A DNA stretch of 64,000 nucleotides from an uncultured Poribacteria bacterium. Lineage in GTDB: Bacteria; Poribacteria; WGA-4E; WGA-3G. A model generated the notes under the pieces. That model was not told the DNA's origin and ran no database searches. It saw only the letters and a list, made by a program, of their open reading frames with translations. Made by a program: the position numbers and the translations under genes. This document shows, piece by piece, positions 45,044-55,174 of this stretch. The stretch is from assembly GCA_958296135.2 (NCBI GenBank), contig CATQHZ020000001.1:1504001-1568000 (forward strand), in the 5' to 3' direction. Position 1 is the first letter of the stretch. Each line of letters begins with the position of its first letter.

Positions 45044-46609
45044 TCATTTTTCCAGCGAGACGTGTCGGAGGTATTTCCACGTTAACGGATGCAGTTTGAG
45101 ATTCTTAACCTTGTTGTTAACCACCAAGATCTGCTGCGCGTGCGCGATTGGCACCCAAGGTACATCCCGATGGAATATCTGCTGCGCCTGTTGATACAGC
45201 GCGACACGCTCTTCACGATTCGTGGTGGCTCGCGCTTTGTCAAGCACCTCCTGCATTTCATCGCTGCGGTAAAACGCGATATTCCCCGCCGGTTTTTTGG
45301 TGGCAGTTTTGCTCAGGAGATAGTAAAGAAAATTATCCGGGTCACCGAAGTCAGCGAACCATCCTAAAAGAGCCATGTCGTGCTCGCCATGCTTGGTTTT
45401 TTCGAGATACGTCCCCCAGTCAAACGTGACAATCTTTGCCGTAATGCCAATCTGCCGCAGGTCGGACTGTAACACTTCGGCGAGGGCGCGGCCGTCGGGG
45501 ATATAGGGACGCGGGACAGGCAGTGCCCACAGCGTTGTCTCAAAGCCATCCGGATACCCTGCCTCGGCGAGAAGCCGTTTCGCTTTTTCCGGATTGTAGT
45601 CATAATCTTCAATCGTGTCGTCATAACTCCAGAGCGTCGGCGGAATCGGGTTTTTCGCAGGGATGCCGGTGCCTTGATACAGATGCTCGACAATCGCCGC
45701 CTTGTTAATGGCATGGTTCATCGCGAGCCGCACCTTGAGGTTGTCAAGAGGCGGTTTATCCATGTTCATCGCCAGATAGCCGACACTCATGCCGGGTTGC
45801 GCGATGAGCTCAAGCGTATCATCATCTTGAATCTGCACCAGATCATCGGGGTTCGGGAACTGCATCGCGTGGAGACTACCGTTCTGAAGTTTGATAAACC
45901 GCACGGCGTTATCGGGGATCGCGCGGAAAATGAGTCTATCCAACTGCGGCCGCCCATTCCAATATGCCTCGTTGGCGGTAAGCACGATTTTATCGTTCCT
46001 ATCCCACTGCACAAATTTGAACGGCCCGGTGCCGACAGGATGGTTGGTAAAATCATCTCCCCATTTCTCCGCAGCTGTTGGACTGACGATGGCAAAGGCT
46101 GTCATCGCCATCGTATAGATGAACGGTGCGTAGGGCCTTTTGATGCGAATTGCCACCGTGAATTCATCAGGCGCGGTGATTTTATCCACCAGAGATGCCA
46201 AACCGGTATCTATCCAATAGCCGTATGCACCGCCGACATTATGATACGGATGCGTTGCCTCGTGCTGGCGGTTGAGTGAAAAGAGGACGGCCGCCGCGTT
46301 GAAAGGCGTTCCATCATGGAACATCACGCCTCGGCGAAGGTGAAACGTCCAAGTTAGCCCGTCCTCGGAACTTTCCCACGATTCAGCAAGACCCGGCTCA
46401 AGTTCGGTATTTTCTGCTTTGTATTGCACGAGCGTATCGTAAATATTGTCACAGACTTTGAAGGATTCACCGTCCATTTCGTGTCCCGGGTCCAGCCCGA
46501 CGGAATCGCCGCCGCGCCCGAAAATCAGGGTGCCGCCGCTCGCACTAGCATGCATCGGAAGCCATGCCAACGCCACGAGAATGGCGATGAAGAGTGTCTT
46601 GTTTCTCAT
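45044..46609 (-). CDS. DppA-family ABC peptide substrate-binding protein
   Basis: LDPG, PGLAESWE, FHDGTPFNA, GTGPFKF, RPYIPDG; paralog of 43224-44975. Confidence 0.9.
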   Translation of the reverse strand: MRNKTLFIAILVALAWLPMHASASGGTLIFGRGGDSVGLDPGHEMDGESFKVCDNIYDTLVQYKAENTELEPGLAESWESSEDGLTWTFHLRRGVMFHDGTPFNAAAVLFSLNRQHEATHPYHNVGGAYGYWIDTGLASLVDKITAPDEFTVAIRIKRPYAPFIYTMAMTAFAIVSPTAAEKWGDDFTNHPVGTGPFKFVQWDRNDKIVLTANEAYWNGRPQLDRLIFRAIPDNAVRFIKLQNGSLHAMQFPNPDDLVQIQDDDTLELIAQPGMSVGYLAMNMDKPPLDNLKVRLAMNHAINKAAIVEHLYQGTGIPAKNPIPPTLWSYDDTIEDYDYNPEKAKRLLAEAGYPDGFETTLWALPVPRPYIPDGRALAEVLQSDLRQIGITAKIVTFDWGTYLEKTKHGEHDMALLGWFADFGDPDNFLYYLLSKTATKKPAGNIAFYRSDEMQEVLDKARATTNREERVALYQQAQQIFHRDVPWVPIAHAQQILVVNNKVKNLKLHPLTWKYLRHVSLEK

Positions 46610-46919
46610 AAAATTTCTCCTATCTACCATGTTTATTACATAATACACGCATTTCAAGGTAAATGTCAAGGAAAATATAGCGTGTATCTTTTTGAGGGAT
46701 AATTCGTTTTATCTATTAGTTTCTTATTCGCGCAGAAGCACAGACTGTTAGGCCCGCTTTGGCATTGAAAACGGCTCAGGTATGCAAGTTTTGACAGCGT
46801 CAAACCGACCTGGGCAGAGATGACTCATACCAAATTAGTTCGCAGGAAACCCGGACTACATAAGTTAATTTGGTATCATCACCTAGAGACGCACGCCGAA
46901 CGCATTGCGAAATACAAAA

Positions 46920-48941
46920 ATGTCGTCCTTTGAGCAACACATCCAGAATTTAACAGATTCAACGCAACCGAGTGGTGCGCGCCGGACAGCCGTTGCGACT
47001 CTCGCCGCGCAAGGCGACGCGAGGGCGGTGCCGTATCTCCTTGATGCACTTGCAGACACAGATTCAATGGTGCGGCGTGAGGCAACCAAGGCACTCCAGC
47101 ACCTGAATGCAACTGCCGCCACCGAGCCGATCCTTCGCGCGTTAGAAACGGAGCCGAACGACTTAACGGTTTGGGCGATGCTGGAGGCAATCGGCGAACT
47201 TGGCACCCCCAGGGTGCTACCCACGTTGCAGGCGTTCCAAAACGTTACCTCACTGCTCACGCGGATGGAAGCGACGAAGAGCGTCGCCCGAATTGAAGCG
47301 CGTTTTCCGGATGGAGAACCCGCGCCTCAAGAGCAAAACACGGCGGAGATAGAGCCCCCCGAAGAAGAGGATACCTCCGAGTCCGAGTATATTGAGACGG
47401 TATTCTCTCCCAATGGCGACACCGAAGTGCCTCAATCTGAAGAGCACGCCTATCGTTCAGAACCGCCTGAGCCGTCGAAACCTTTGCCCCCTGAAGACCG
47501 GTTCGACAACTCAGCGACAACAGTTCTGCCGATTTTAGAAGCCGCCGCCCCAGGTCCCAAGCAAACGGCGGAGGCACCGCCCGCGCAAGAAACCGAATCC
47601 ATCGAAGAGTTCTCTGTAGGATTGGACGAAGAAGCGGTGCCGCGGGACGTTGAAATTGTCCCCGAAGATAACAACGAGGAACTGGACGAAATCGCGGTGG
47701 AAGAGCCGGTGCCGCGGGATGCTGAGATTATCGAAGAGGACGCTTCCGCTTACGAAGGACTGGATGAGGTTGCGCTGGAAGAGCCAGGTGAAATCACTCC
47801 GAGTGAACTAGAAGAATCGGCAGCATTAGAAGAACTCTCCCTATCCATCTCACAGTCGTCACGTTTAGTCGGACAGCCCGTTATCCTACCCGTGTTAGCA
47901 CCGAGCGCGCCCGCGGTATGGCATAGTCCGATGGGGTATGGTGCGCCGCCGGAACCGCCGCGTCCAAATGTCTTCGCGCTCTTGCTGCGTCCGAGCACTT
48001 ATCTTTCTAAACGTTGGGTGTCCCGCACGCGCGTCTATCTGATGTTGTGGTTCACCCTTATTGCGGCGACACTCGGTTTTATCCGATTTCAAGGCAGGAG
48101 TGGCTCGGAGCTCAGTCCGCTCTCTCGGATGGGAATTTCTGTTGTTGAGGCACCGGAGCAGGTGAGGCGTTGCCTCGCCGAGGGCGATTTTTATATCCAG
48201 GAAGGCTATTATCGGCAAGCGATTAGTTCGTATGAACTCGGCCGTCGCCTCGGTCCGATTCCGATTCAGTTTTATAAGAAACTCGGTTTTGCCTACCTCA
48301 AGGAGAACCAATATGCTCTGGCAGTTGATGCGTATGAGTTCTTCGTCGCTGCGCAGCCGCCTGAACCCCGCAACCCGTTCATTGCAGAGGCATCGGTGCA
48401 AGAACCGTGGCAGCCGGATTACAAAACTTACAACGCGCTCGGCACAGCCTATCTGAAGTTGGGCCGCATGGCGGATGCACAGCGCGCTTTCGCGCAAGCG
48501 GTTCTGCTGACACCCAACGATGGACAGGCGTACAACAACCTCGCTTGGCTGTATGCGGATTTTTCGCAGGTTTCCGTGCGCGCCGTTTCTGCTGCCGCGA
48601 CACGTTCCCTGCATGCCTCACACGAGGTTTCTGATACCGCGCGCCGGTACTGCCAGAAACTGCGGTTCGCCGAGGCGTTGGCGCGTCAAGCGGTTACCCA
48701 CAACCCCGATGTCGCGGCGTATCATGCAACACTCGGTTGGATCTTGGCAAAACGCGGGCATACGCAGCGGGCGATAAACACACTATCGCGCGCCATTCGT
48801 CTGCAGAGTGACCAGGTTGACGCGCACTATCACCTCGCCCTGGTCGCCTTGAAGGCAAACGAACGTGAGAAGGCTCTCAAAGCGATTCGGAATGTGCTGA
48901 AGTTAGACCCGGGTTTCGTGCATCTCAATTTCCGTGCGTAG
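46920..48941 (+). CDS. HEAT-repeat / acidic linker / TM / TPR protein
   Basis: N-terminal HEAT_2 repeats, Glu/Pro-rich linker, one TM helix, TPR motifs (YNALG.AY, AYNNLAWLY). Confidence 0.75.
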   Translation: MSSFEQHIQNLTDSTQPSGARRTAVATLAAQGDARAVPYLLDALADTDSMVRREATKALQHLNATAATEPILRALETEPNDLTVWAMLEAIGELGTPRVLPTLQAFQNVTSLLTRMEATKSVARIEARFPDGEPAPQEQNTAEIEPPEEEDTSESEYIETVFSPNGDTEVPQSEEHAYRSEPPEPSKPLPPEDRFDNSATTVLPILEAAAPGPKQTAEAPPAQETESIEEFSVGLDEEAVPRDVEIVPEDNNEELDEIAVEEPVPRDAEIIEEDASAYEGLDEVALEEPGEITPSELEESAALEELSLSISQSSRLVGQPVILPVLAPSAPAVWHSPMGYGAPPEPPRPNVFALLLRPSTYLSKRWVSRTRVYLMLWFTLIAATLGFIRFQGRSGSELSPLSRMGISVVEAPEQVRRCLAEGDFYIQEGYYRQAISSYELGRRLGPIPIQFYKKLGFAYLKENQYALAVDAYEFFVAAQPPEPRNPFIAEASVQEPWQPDYKTYNALGTAYLKLGRMADAQRAFAQAVLLTPNDGQAYNNLAWLYADFSQVSVRAVSAAATRSLHASHEVSDTARRYCQKLRFAEALARQAVTHNPDVAAYHATLGWILAKRGHTQRAINTLSRAIRLQSDQVDAHYHLALVALKANEREKALKAIRNVLKLDPGFVHLNFRA

Positions 48942-48951
48942 GCGCGGAAAA

Positions 48952-51900
48952 TTAGCGGACGATAGACACCTTGCCCATGCGTTGCTCCGTATCTGTCTCA
49001 AGCCGGTAGATATAAACGCCGCTGCTAATTCCCGCCGCGTGCCAAACTTTTTTGCCCGCGTCGAACGCTGTCGTAGCGAGGAAGGCGACGCGGTTGCCGT
49101 TGACATCATAGATGCCGATGCGGGTTGCTTCAGGTAGGTTAACAAACGTGACCTGGTTACACCGGGTAGGATTGGGGTAGACAATCGCGTCGGCGAGTGT
49201 CGGAGCGGCGATGACTACGGTTAACGTCCTCGCATCATCGGCGATGTAAGTGCCATGGATGTCAGAAATCTGGAAGGTTTCAATCTGATAACGGCCGCCT
49301 GCCTGAAAAGTGCCGGGAGGGAATGTTAGCACAACTCGCTGTTGCGTCCGGTCGAGAATGGCAGATTGCGGCGCGTAAGCAACGGTAGCATCCAGATTCT
49401 GCAGTTGATATCGTCCTGGATGCGTCGCGGATGTCCCCATCTGTTTGTCAAACTGCAACAGCAGTTGATTCGGTGGGGAATAGACAGCGGAAGTCAATTT
49501 CAGCGGCACAGTCTGCACAGCAGATACCGATTCTGTTTGCGCTGCCGACTTTCCATTCCGCTCAAAAACGGACAACACGCCATTACTGTTGAACAGCAAT
49601 TCATTCATGCCATCGCTGTCAACGTCAGCGACAATCGGATTAGCAGTGCTACTCGCCGGATAGTGCCAGACCGGGACGTAATCAGTTCCATCATATTGGA
49701 CGAGGTAGAAATTCGGCCACACGGCGATGCACAATTCATTTTTTCCATCGTTGTCTGCATCTGCAATGTTTAGTCCGTTGCCGCCGTTCCGTGCGTTTTG
49801 AATACGTTGGCTCCACACTGCGCGGTAGGTGTTACCGCCTGTTGTCTGTAAGGGCGGATTTCTATCTCCGTCCGTATGCGAGAAAATCGTGATGAGCCAG
49901 TGGTAACGCTCGGGGTCAGAATCGTCTGTCCATACCTTCGCGCCGACAGCGAATTCCGAACGTCCATCGCCATCCAAATCGCCAGCGGCAAAGAGTTGCG
50001 GGCGGCCCTCCGGGAGAGTGCCTCGCCATACTTGTTCATACCGGTTATTCCCGATTGCTTCGTAAGCAAAGAGTTCTCCATCCGTGTCGCCTGCGAGAAT
50101 CTCCATGCGTCCGTCCCCATCAAAATCGCCGGTTGCGAAGCTGGTGCCCATGTTATTTTCGCCTTCTGTCGGGTTTACAAGTGCTGCGATGTTGCGATAA
50201 CTGTTATCTCCGATGGCTTCATAGACAGCAATGGAAGCTGTCGTAGAATCGCGAGAGTAGATTTCGGGGATGCCATCGCTGTCCAGATCTGCAATTGTTC
50301 CACCCCACAGTTGCGGTGCGTCCCAGGTGCGCACCGCTGGAAATTCACCTTCGGCGGGTTGCTCTAGCAAAAACGTTCCAGTTAAGGCGTGTCCTAAAAT
50401 CTCAACGAGCCCGTCTCCATCAGTGTCTGCAGAGTCCCAAGGGCGCATGGGTTCTGATAAGGTGAAGACTTTCCGGTAGGTTCCGTCGGCATCAGCCTCA
50501 AAGATGTGCGGGGAGCTCCAACCTCTCGCTTCTGTCTCCACAGCGATAAGTTCTCTCTTGCCGTTGGCGTTCATATCCGCGGCGGCGACAATCGCGTGCA
50601 AACCGTGCTCCGCCGATGCCGCTTGTGCGAGATGCGAAGTCGGAATACGCGCATCAAGTACCTCAATGGGATATAGATTTCCCGCGTTGTCATCAATTGT
50701 TTGGAGTCCAGAACGATTTTTCGCTACCAGACGATAGGCGTATGACACGGGTGGCAAGCCTAATTCAGAGAGGTAGAGGAGATGACGGTGGTTTATGGAA
50801 GCGGTGCGCGCGCGTCGCGAGCGAGGGACAAGCCCGCGCACTACGGTATTTTTATTATCCGGGAAAATCTCCACTTCTCCGATAGTCAGCGCATCCGTTT
50901 GCCACGTGATGACAGACTCAATCCTATCGCCTGCAAACCATGCCCCTGCATCATGTTTGGAAATAGTGGGTGCTGTGTGGCTCACCTCCACGACGATTTT
51001 TTCAGTGACAGTTCTTCGGGTTTCAGAAGGCGCGCGTTGGCGGTTATAGCGTTTCAATTTCGGGTTTTCACTGCCCGGTCTTCTCTCTGCAGGGATAACG
51101 CGCAAACGCAACGTGTAGGTGCCTTCTGCTAAGCCGGAGACATCCCATTCGTGCAGGAGCGCGTTAAACTTCGGTTCGGTTTGCGGGGGGAGAATGGGGC
51201 CCCATACCTCCGGCGTTTCGCCGCGTCCGAAGTCTAGCCGATATTCGGCGAAGCCGTTTCCGCCGGCACTACCGTAGATTTCTACGATAGGCATTCGATA
51301 GGTGACAGTGAGCTGCGCGATGAGGCCCGTGGCGGCGGTAAGCGCGAGGTGTGCATCCGGCAAACCTGCACCGACGAGGCCCCCCTGCGGATAAAGTGAG
51401 CTCGCAGTGAGCATCTGCCGAATCTCGGTGTTGCTGCACGTTGGATTGGCAGCGAGCATCAACGCCGCCACGCCGGAGATGTGCGCCGCCGCCATGGAAG
51501 TTCCCGATTTTGTGCTATAGTTTTCCGCTAATTCAGTGCTGAGGATGCTGTCCCCAGGCGCGGCAATGTCGACGGTGGCACCGAAGTTAGAATCTCCTGC
51601 CAACCGGCCGTTTTCCTGCAACCAAGCGACAGAGATGACATTTTCAAGCGCGGCGGGATACCACGGTTCGGCGGTTCCAGAGTTGCCTGCGGCTGCAATG
51701 AGCACACACCCGCGCTGATAGGCGTATGCCACGGCATCCTGCACAATGAAAACCTTGGCCGGGTCGCCCAAGCTCAGGTTAATGATGTGCGCGCCGTTAT
51801 CTGCGGCGTAGACGATGGCGGCGGCGACATCGTCACTCTGCAGAAACGCACCCGCATCCGAAATAAACCCGGCTCTGAGCGGCATCAGGCGACAGTTCCA

Positions 51901-52692
51901 TGCGATACCGGCAATGCCGATACCGTTATTCGGCTCAGCGGCGATGATGCCGGCTACATGCGTGCCGTGTCCGCTTTCGTCGTCGGGTGCGTTATCGCGT
52001 TCTGTCCAATCGCCGCGTCCCGGCATTGTCGGGGCATCGCTGAAGTCCCAGCCGTTGATGTCGTCAACGTAGCCGTTCCGGTCATCGTCAATCCCATTAC
52101 CGGCAATTTCATTGGAATTCTGCCAAAGTTGCGAACGGAGCTCTGGGTGCAGTCTGTCTATCCCGCTATCCACAACAGCGACGATGACTTCAGGCGTTCC
52201 TCGTTCAACTGTCCACGCCTTGGGGAGATTGAGAGCTCGGAGATTCCACTGCTCTTCATAACGCGGATCGGTAGGCACAACCTGTTCACCCACATCCGCG
52301 CAGAATCTGTTGAGTGTGTTAAACTGAACTGCTTCAACCCACGGATAGTTTTCGTATTGCCCGCGCAGTTGTTCCAACCGATTGTTTTGTAAGGGCGGAT
52401 GTCTATCTCCGCCCGTCCCTGCACGCTGAAATCGAATCAGATAACTGCGTCGGAGGAGCGGATGTCTTCCGGCAGGCGTGTTTGGGGAAAAAATAGGGGA
52501 GACCGAGGTTGCGCCGGCCTCGCGGAGTTTGTCCACGTCAGTAGTCTCGCGGAGCCGCACAAGCAATTCTGTCGGTGCATAATGCGCCGCTACGTCAGAA
52601 GAACTAGAACTATCAACTGTTAACTCTGTCCATCCGTTTTGTGAAAAAAGAAAAATGAAGATTATTAAGAGCGTTACGCGAGTTTTTTTCAT
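48952..52692 (-). CDS. Secreted S8 subtilase with FG-GAP repeats and C-terminal T9SS/FlgD-like sorting domain
   Basis: VAVVDSG, GHGTHVAGII, SGTSMAA catalytic triad; GDFDGDG repeats; YPNP...IYDVNG...SGVYIY. Confidence 0.85.
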   Translation of the reverse strand: MKKTRVTLLIIFIFLFSQNGWTELTVDSSSSSDVAAHYAPTELLVRLRETTDVDKLREAGATSVSPIFSPNTPAGRHPLLRRSYLIRFQRAGTGGDRHPPLQNNRLEQLRGQYENYPWVEAVQFNTLNRFCADVGEQVVPTDPRYEEQWNLRALNLPKAWTVERGTPEVIVAVVDSGIDRLHPELRSQLWQNSNEIAGNGIDDDRNGYVDDINGWDFSDAPTMPGRGDWTERDNAPDDESGHGTHVAGIIAAEPNNGIGIAGIAWNCRLMPLRAGFISDAGAFLQSDDVAAAIVYAADNGAHIINLSLGDPAKVFIVQDAVAYAYQRGCVLIAAAGNSGTAEPWYPAALENVISVAWLQENGRLAGDSNFGATVDIAAPGDSILSTELAENYSTKSGTSMAAAHISGVAALMLAANPTCSNTEIRQMLTASSLYPQGGLVGAGLPDAHLALTAATGLIAQLTVTYRMPIVEIYGSAGGNGFAEYRLDFGRGETPEVWGPILPPQTEPKFNALLHEWDVSGLAEGTYTLRLRVIPAERRPGSENPKLKRYNRQRAPSETRRTVTEKIVVEVSHTAPTISKHDAGAWFAGDRIESVITWQTDALTIGEVEIFPDNKNTVVRGLVPRSRRARTASINHRHLLYLSELGLPPVSYAYRLVAKNRSGLQTIDDNAGNLYPIEVLDARIPTSHLAQAASAEHGLHAIVAAADMNANGKRELIAVETEARGWSSPHIFEADADGTYRKVFTLSEPMRPWDSADTDGDGLVEILGHALTGTFLLEQPAEGEFPAVRTWDAPQLWGGTIADLDSDGIPEIYSRDSTTASIAVYEAIGDNSYRNIAALVNPTEGENNMGTSFATGDFDGDGRMEILAGDTDGELFAYEAIGNNRYEQVWRGTLPEGRPQLFAAGDLDGDGRSEFAVGAKVWTDDSDPERYHWLITIFSHTDGDRNPPLQTTGGNTYRAVWSQRIQNARNGGNGLNIADADNDGKNELCIAVWPNFYLVQYDGTDYVPVWHYPASSTANPIVADVDSDGMNELLFNSNGVLSVFERNGKSAAQTESVSAVQTVPLKLTSAVYSPPNQLLLQFDKQMGTSATHPGRYQLQNLDATVAYAPQSAILDRTQQRVVLTFPPGTFQAGGRYQIETFQISDIHGTYIADDARTLTVVIAAPTLADAIVYPNPTRCNQVTFVNLPEATRIGIYDVNGNRVAFLATTAFDAGKKVWHAAGISSGVYIYRLETDTEQRMGKVSIVR

Positions 52693-52845
52693 GAATGCCA
52701 TGGAAATCCTAAAAAAAAGTTGCAATGTTAGCAGCGATCTGTTATACTATTGTATCAGATACAAACCGAGAAGGCAAACTTCATTTTTTCTGGCGTGATA
52801 AACTTTAGTTAATCAAGACGAACGGAGATATTTTACGGAGCACAC

Positions 52846-54483
52846 ATGAAAGCATCTGAACTCACTATCAAATGTCTCGAAAACGAGAACGTTGATTACA
52901 TCTTCGGGATACCGGGCGAGGAAAATCTGGATTTAATGGACGCGCTCTTGGAATCCCCAATCCAGTTTATTCAGACGCGCGATGAACGCGGCGCGGCCTT
53001 CATGGCAGATGTCTACGGCCGCCTCACCGGTAGAGCCGGGGTCTGCCTCGCTACACTCGGTCCGGGCGCGATGAATCTTGTCACGGGTGTGGCGGATGCC
53101 AATATGGATAGGGCCCCCGTGGTGGCTATCACTGGGCAAGCCGGGCTGGACAGGATGCACAAGGAATCGCACCAATACATGGATGTCGTCTCCGTTTTCA
53201 AGCCGATGACAAAGTGGAATACGCTGCTGCATCTGCCGGAGATTATTCCGGAAGCGATTCGCAAGGCGTTCAAGGTAGCAACAGCGGAGAAGCCGGGCGC
53301 GACGCACATTGATTTTCCTGAAGACCTGGCGAAAATGCAGATTATCGGCGAACCGGTTCCTCACGATTTTCCGAGTGACGCTGAACCGGTCGATGCATGT
53401 TTGGCACGCGCCGCGCAGCTCATTCAGGACGCGAGGCAACCGATTATCCTCGCAGGAAACGGGGTTGTCCGGCAGGGTGCCTCCCGAATTCTGACAGAGT
53501 TTGCGGAAGCCACTAACATCCCGGTTGCGCACACGTTCATGGGCAAAGGGTGCATCCCGTGGACGCATCCGTTGTCCCTCCTGACCGTGGGGTTGCAAGC
53601 GCGCGATTTTGTCTCCTGCGGATTTGACCGGGCAGATTTGGTGATTTCCATCGGATATGACATTGTGGAATACCATCCGCGTCTCTGGAATCCTGGGCAC
53701 GATAAGAAAATTGTCCATATTGACACGGAACCGAGCGAGAGTGATGCAGCTTATGTCACCGATGTTGAGATGGTGGGCAATATTAAGCATAGCCTCACGT
53801 GTCTGCTCGCGCAGGGGATTCAGCCGAAGGACCCGGCCTATGCCTCCGATACGCTGCGGAAAATTATTCTAGCTCAGATAACAGAACACCGCGACGACAA
53901 GGCGTTTCCGATGAAACCGCAAAAGATTTTGAGCGACATCCGTTCCGTGCTCGCCGAAGACGACATCCTCATCTCCGATGTCGGCGCGCATAAAATGTGG
54001 ATTGCGCGGATGTATCCGTGCTATCAACCGAATACGTGCATCATTTCCAACGGCTTCGCCTCCATGGGCATCGCGGTGCCGGGGGCTTACGTCGCGAAAC
54101 TTATCTATCCCGAACGCAACTGCTTAGCAGTCTGCGGCGATGGCGGTTTCCTGATGAACTCACAGGAATTGGAAACAGCAGTGCGTACCGGTGTCCCGTT
54201 CGTCACGCTCATTTTCAATGATGAGGCCTACGGCTTAATCGAATGGAAGCAGATGAACGCTTTCGGCAGACCGGCACACATTGACTTTACGAACCCTGAT
54301 TTTGTGAAGTATGCCGAGGCATTCGGTGCAAAAGGATACCGTGTGCAAGGGAGTGACGAATTGGTGCCGATTCTCAAGGATGCTTTCAGGCAGGCAGTGC
54401 CCTCTGTCATCGATTGCCCTGTCAATTACGCCGAAAACCTGCGTTTGACAGATGAACTTGGAAATTTGACGTGTCCTATCTAA
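52846..54483 (+). CDS. Acetolactate synthase large subunit-like TPP enzyme
   Basis: FGIPGEEN, TLGPGAMNL, SDVGAHKMW, GDGGFLMN...ND. Confidence 0.9.
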   Translation: MKASELTIKCLENENVDYIFGIPGEENLDLMDALLESPIQFIQTRDERGAAFMADVYGRLTGRAGVCLATLGPGAMNLVTGVADANMDRAPVVAITGQAGLDRMHKESHQYMDVVSVFKPMTKWNTLLHLPEIIPEAIRKAFKVATAEKPGATHIDFPEDLAKMQIIGEPVPHDFPSDAEPVDACLARAAQLIQDARQPIILAGNGVVRQGASRILTEFAEATNIPVAHTFMGKGCIPWTHPLSLLTVGLQARDFVSCGFDRADLVISIGYDIVEYHPRLWNPGHDKKIVHIDTEPSESDAAYVTDVEMVGNIKHSLTCLLAQGIQPKDPAYASDTLRKIILAQITEHRDDKAFPMKPQKILSDIRSVLAEDDILISDVGAHKMWIARMYPCYQPNTCIISNGFASMGIAVPGAYVAKLIYPERNCLAVCGDGGFLMNSQELETAVRTGVPFVTLIFNDEAYGLIEWKQMNAFGRPAHIDFTNPDFVKYAEAFGAKGYRVQGSDELVPILKDAFRQAVPSVIDCPVNYAENLRLTDELGNLTCPI

Positions 54484-54490
54484 ACGTGGC

Positions 54491-54520
54491 TTGCAAAATT
54501 GCAGGCTATCATGTTACAAT
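54491..54520 (+). promoter_or_regulatory. sigma70 promoter (presumed mtnA promoter) immediately before the SD and the inserted element
   Basis: TTGCAA-18 bp-TACAAT with TG extension, then AAAGGAG at 54526-54532. Confidence 0.55.
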
Positions 54521-54532
54521 ACAAGAAAGGAG

Positions 54533-55162
54533 GAGAGTGCTAGCGCCCGAAAATCCGAGTAAATCGATTGAATTCTCGGTAAGTCTCGTTAATTCGTAAC
54601 ATATCTGATTTAAGTAGTTTTATCTCTCAGGTGAGAGGATGGCGAACGGAGCGTGAAGAGCGTTTCCTGCTGCACGATACCAAGAGGCAGGCGTAATGTC
54701 CTAACCCCCCGTGTGAAGCGGATTAATAGTCGGTGGTGCGAATGCATCGCTGACGGTGGAGGGGGCCGTAAGTCCGACGCGATTCCCTGCCGATTTTTGC
54801 GTAGGTAGTTTGTAATAACAAACTACCGAAGATGTGCTGTTTGGCTTTCGCAAACAGCACTGCGCAAAAATCGGAGAAAGGATTGTTTCGCTGCAGTATC
54901 TAGAACTACAAAGAAAACGTCGCGGCTGGTTTGACCGAGACGCAAAACGCCTGTGGAGCTCGCGTAAGACCTCGTAGTATTCGCATTTCTCCGATTTTGA
55001 CGCAGTGTTATTCGCAAAGCCGAATAACACATCTTCGGCATGCTTGGCTTTCGCAAGCATGCCTACGTCAAAATCGGCAGGTGCGTTTCGGAGGCGGTAA
55101 GTGATGAAGCAGGAACTTAGAAGTCTCGACTTATCTCGATCTGTTGAGACTTCGGGGAACAG
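54533..55162 (+). mobile_element. Non-coding IS607-like derivative carrying an orphan omega-RNA-like scaffold
   Basis: Both ends and the scaffold (ctggtttgac, aaacgcctgtggagctcg, tgaagcaggaactt, ttcggggaacag) align with 17761-19152; no tnpA or tnpB ORF. Confidence 0.7.
54786..55081. repeat. Inverted pair of about 95-bp three-way-junction palindromic units
   Basis: 54786-54879 and 54986-55081 are inverted homologs with a shared outer stem, a GAAGAT junction and covarying inner hairpins. Confidence 0.8.
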
Positions 55163-55174
55163 ACAGAAGCCACT

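Noticed and set aside
54786-54879. Hammerhead ribozyme
   Set aside because: The three-way junction lacks the CUGANGA / GAAA / UH core on either strand.
54701-55060. ORFs within the orphan element
   Set aside because: They translate palindromic repeat sequence and show no TnpA or TnpB similarity.
54533-55162. Group I intron (IStron) interpretation
   Set aside because: I could not identify P7/catalytic core motifs or a U-ending 5' exon, and the tnpB copy has only about 155 nt 5' of the ORF. Not supported without a covariance search.
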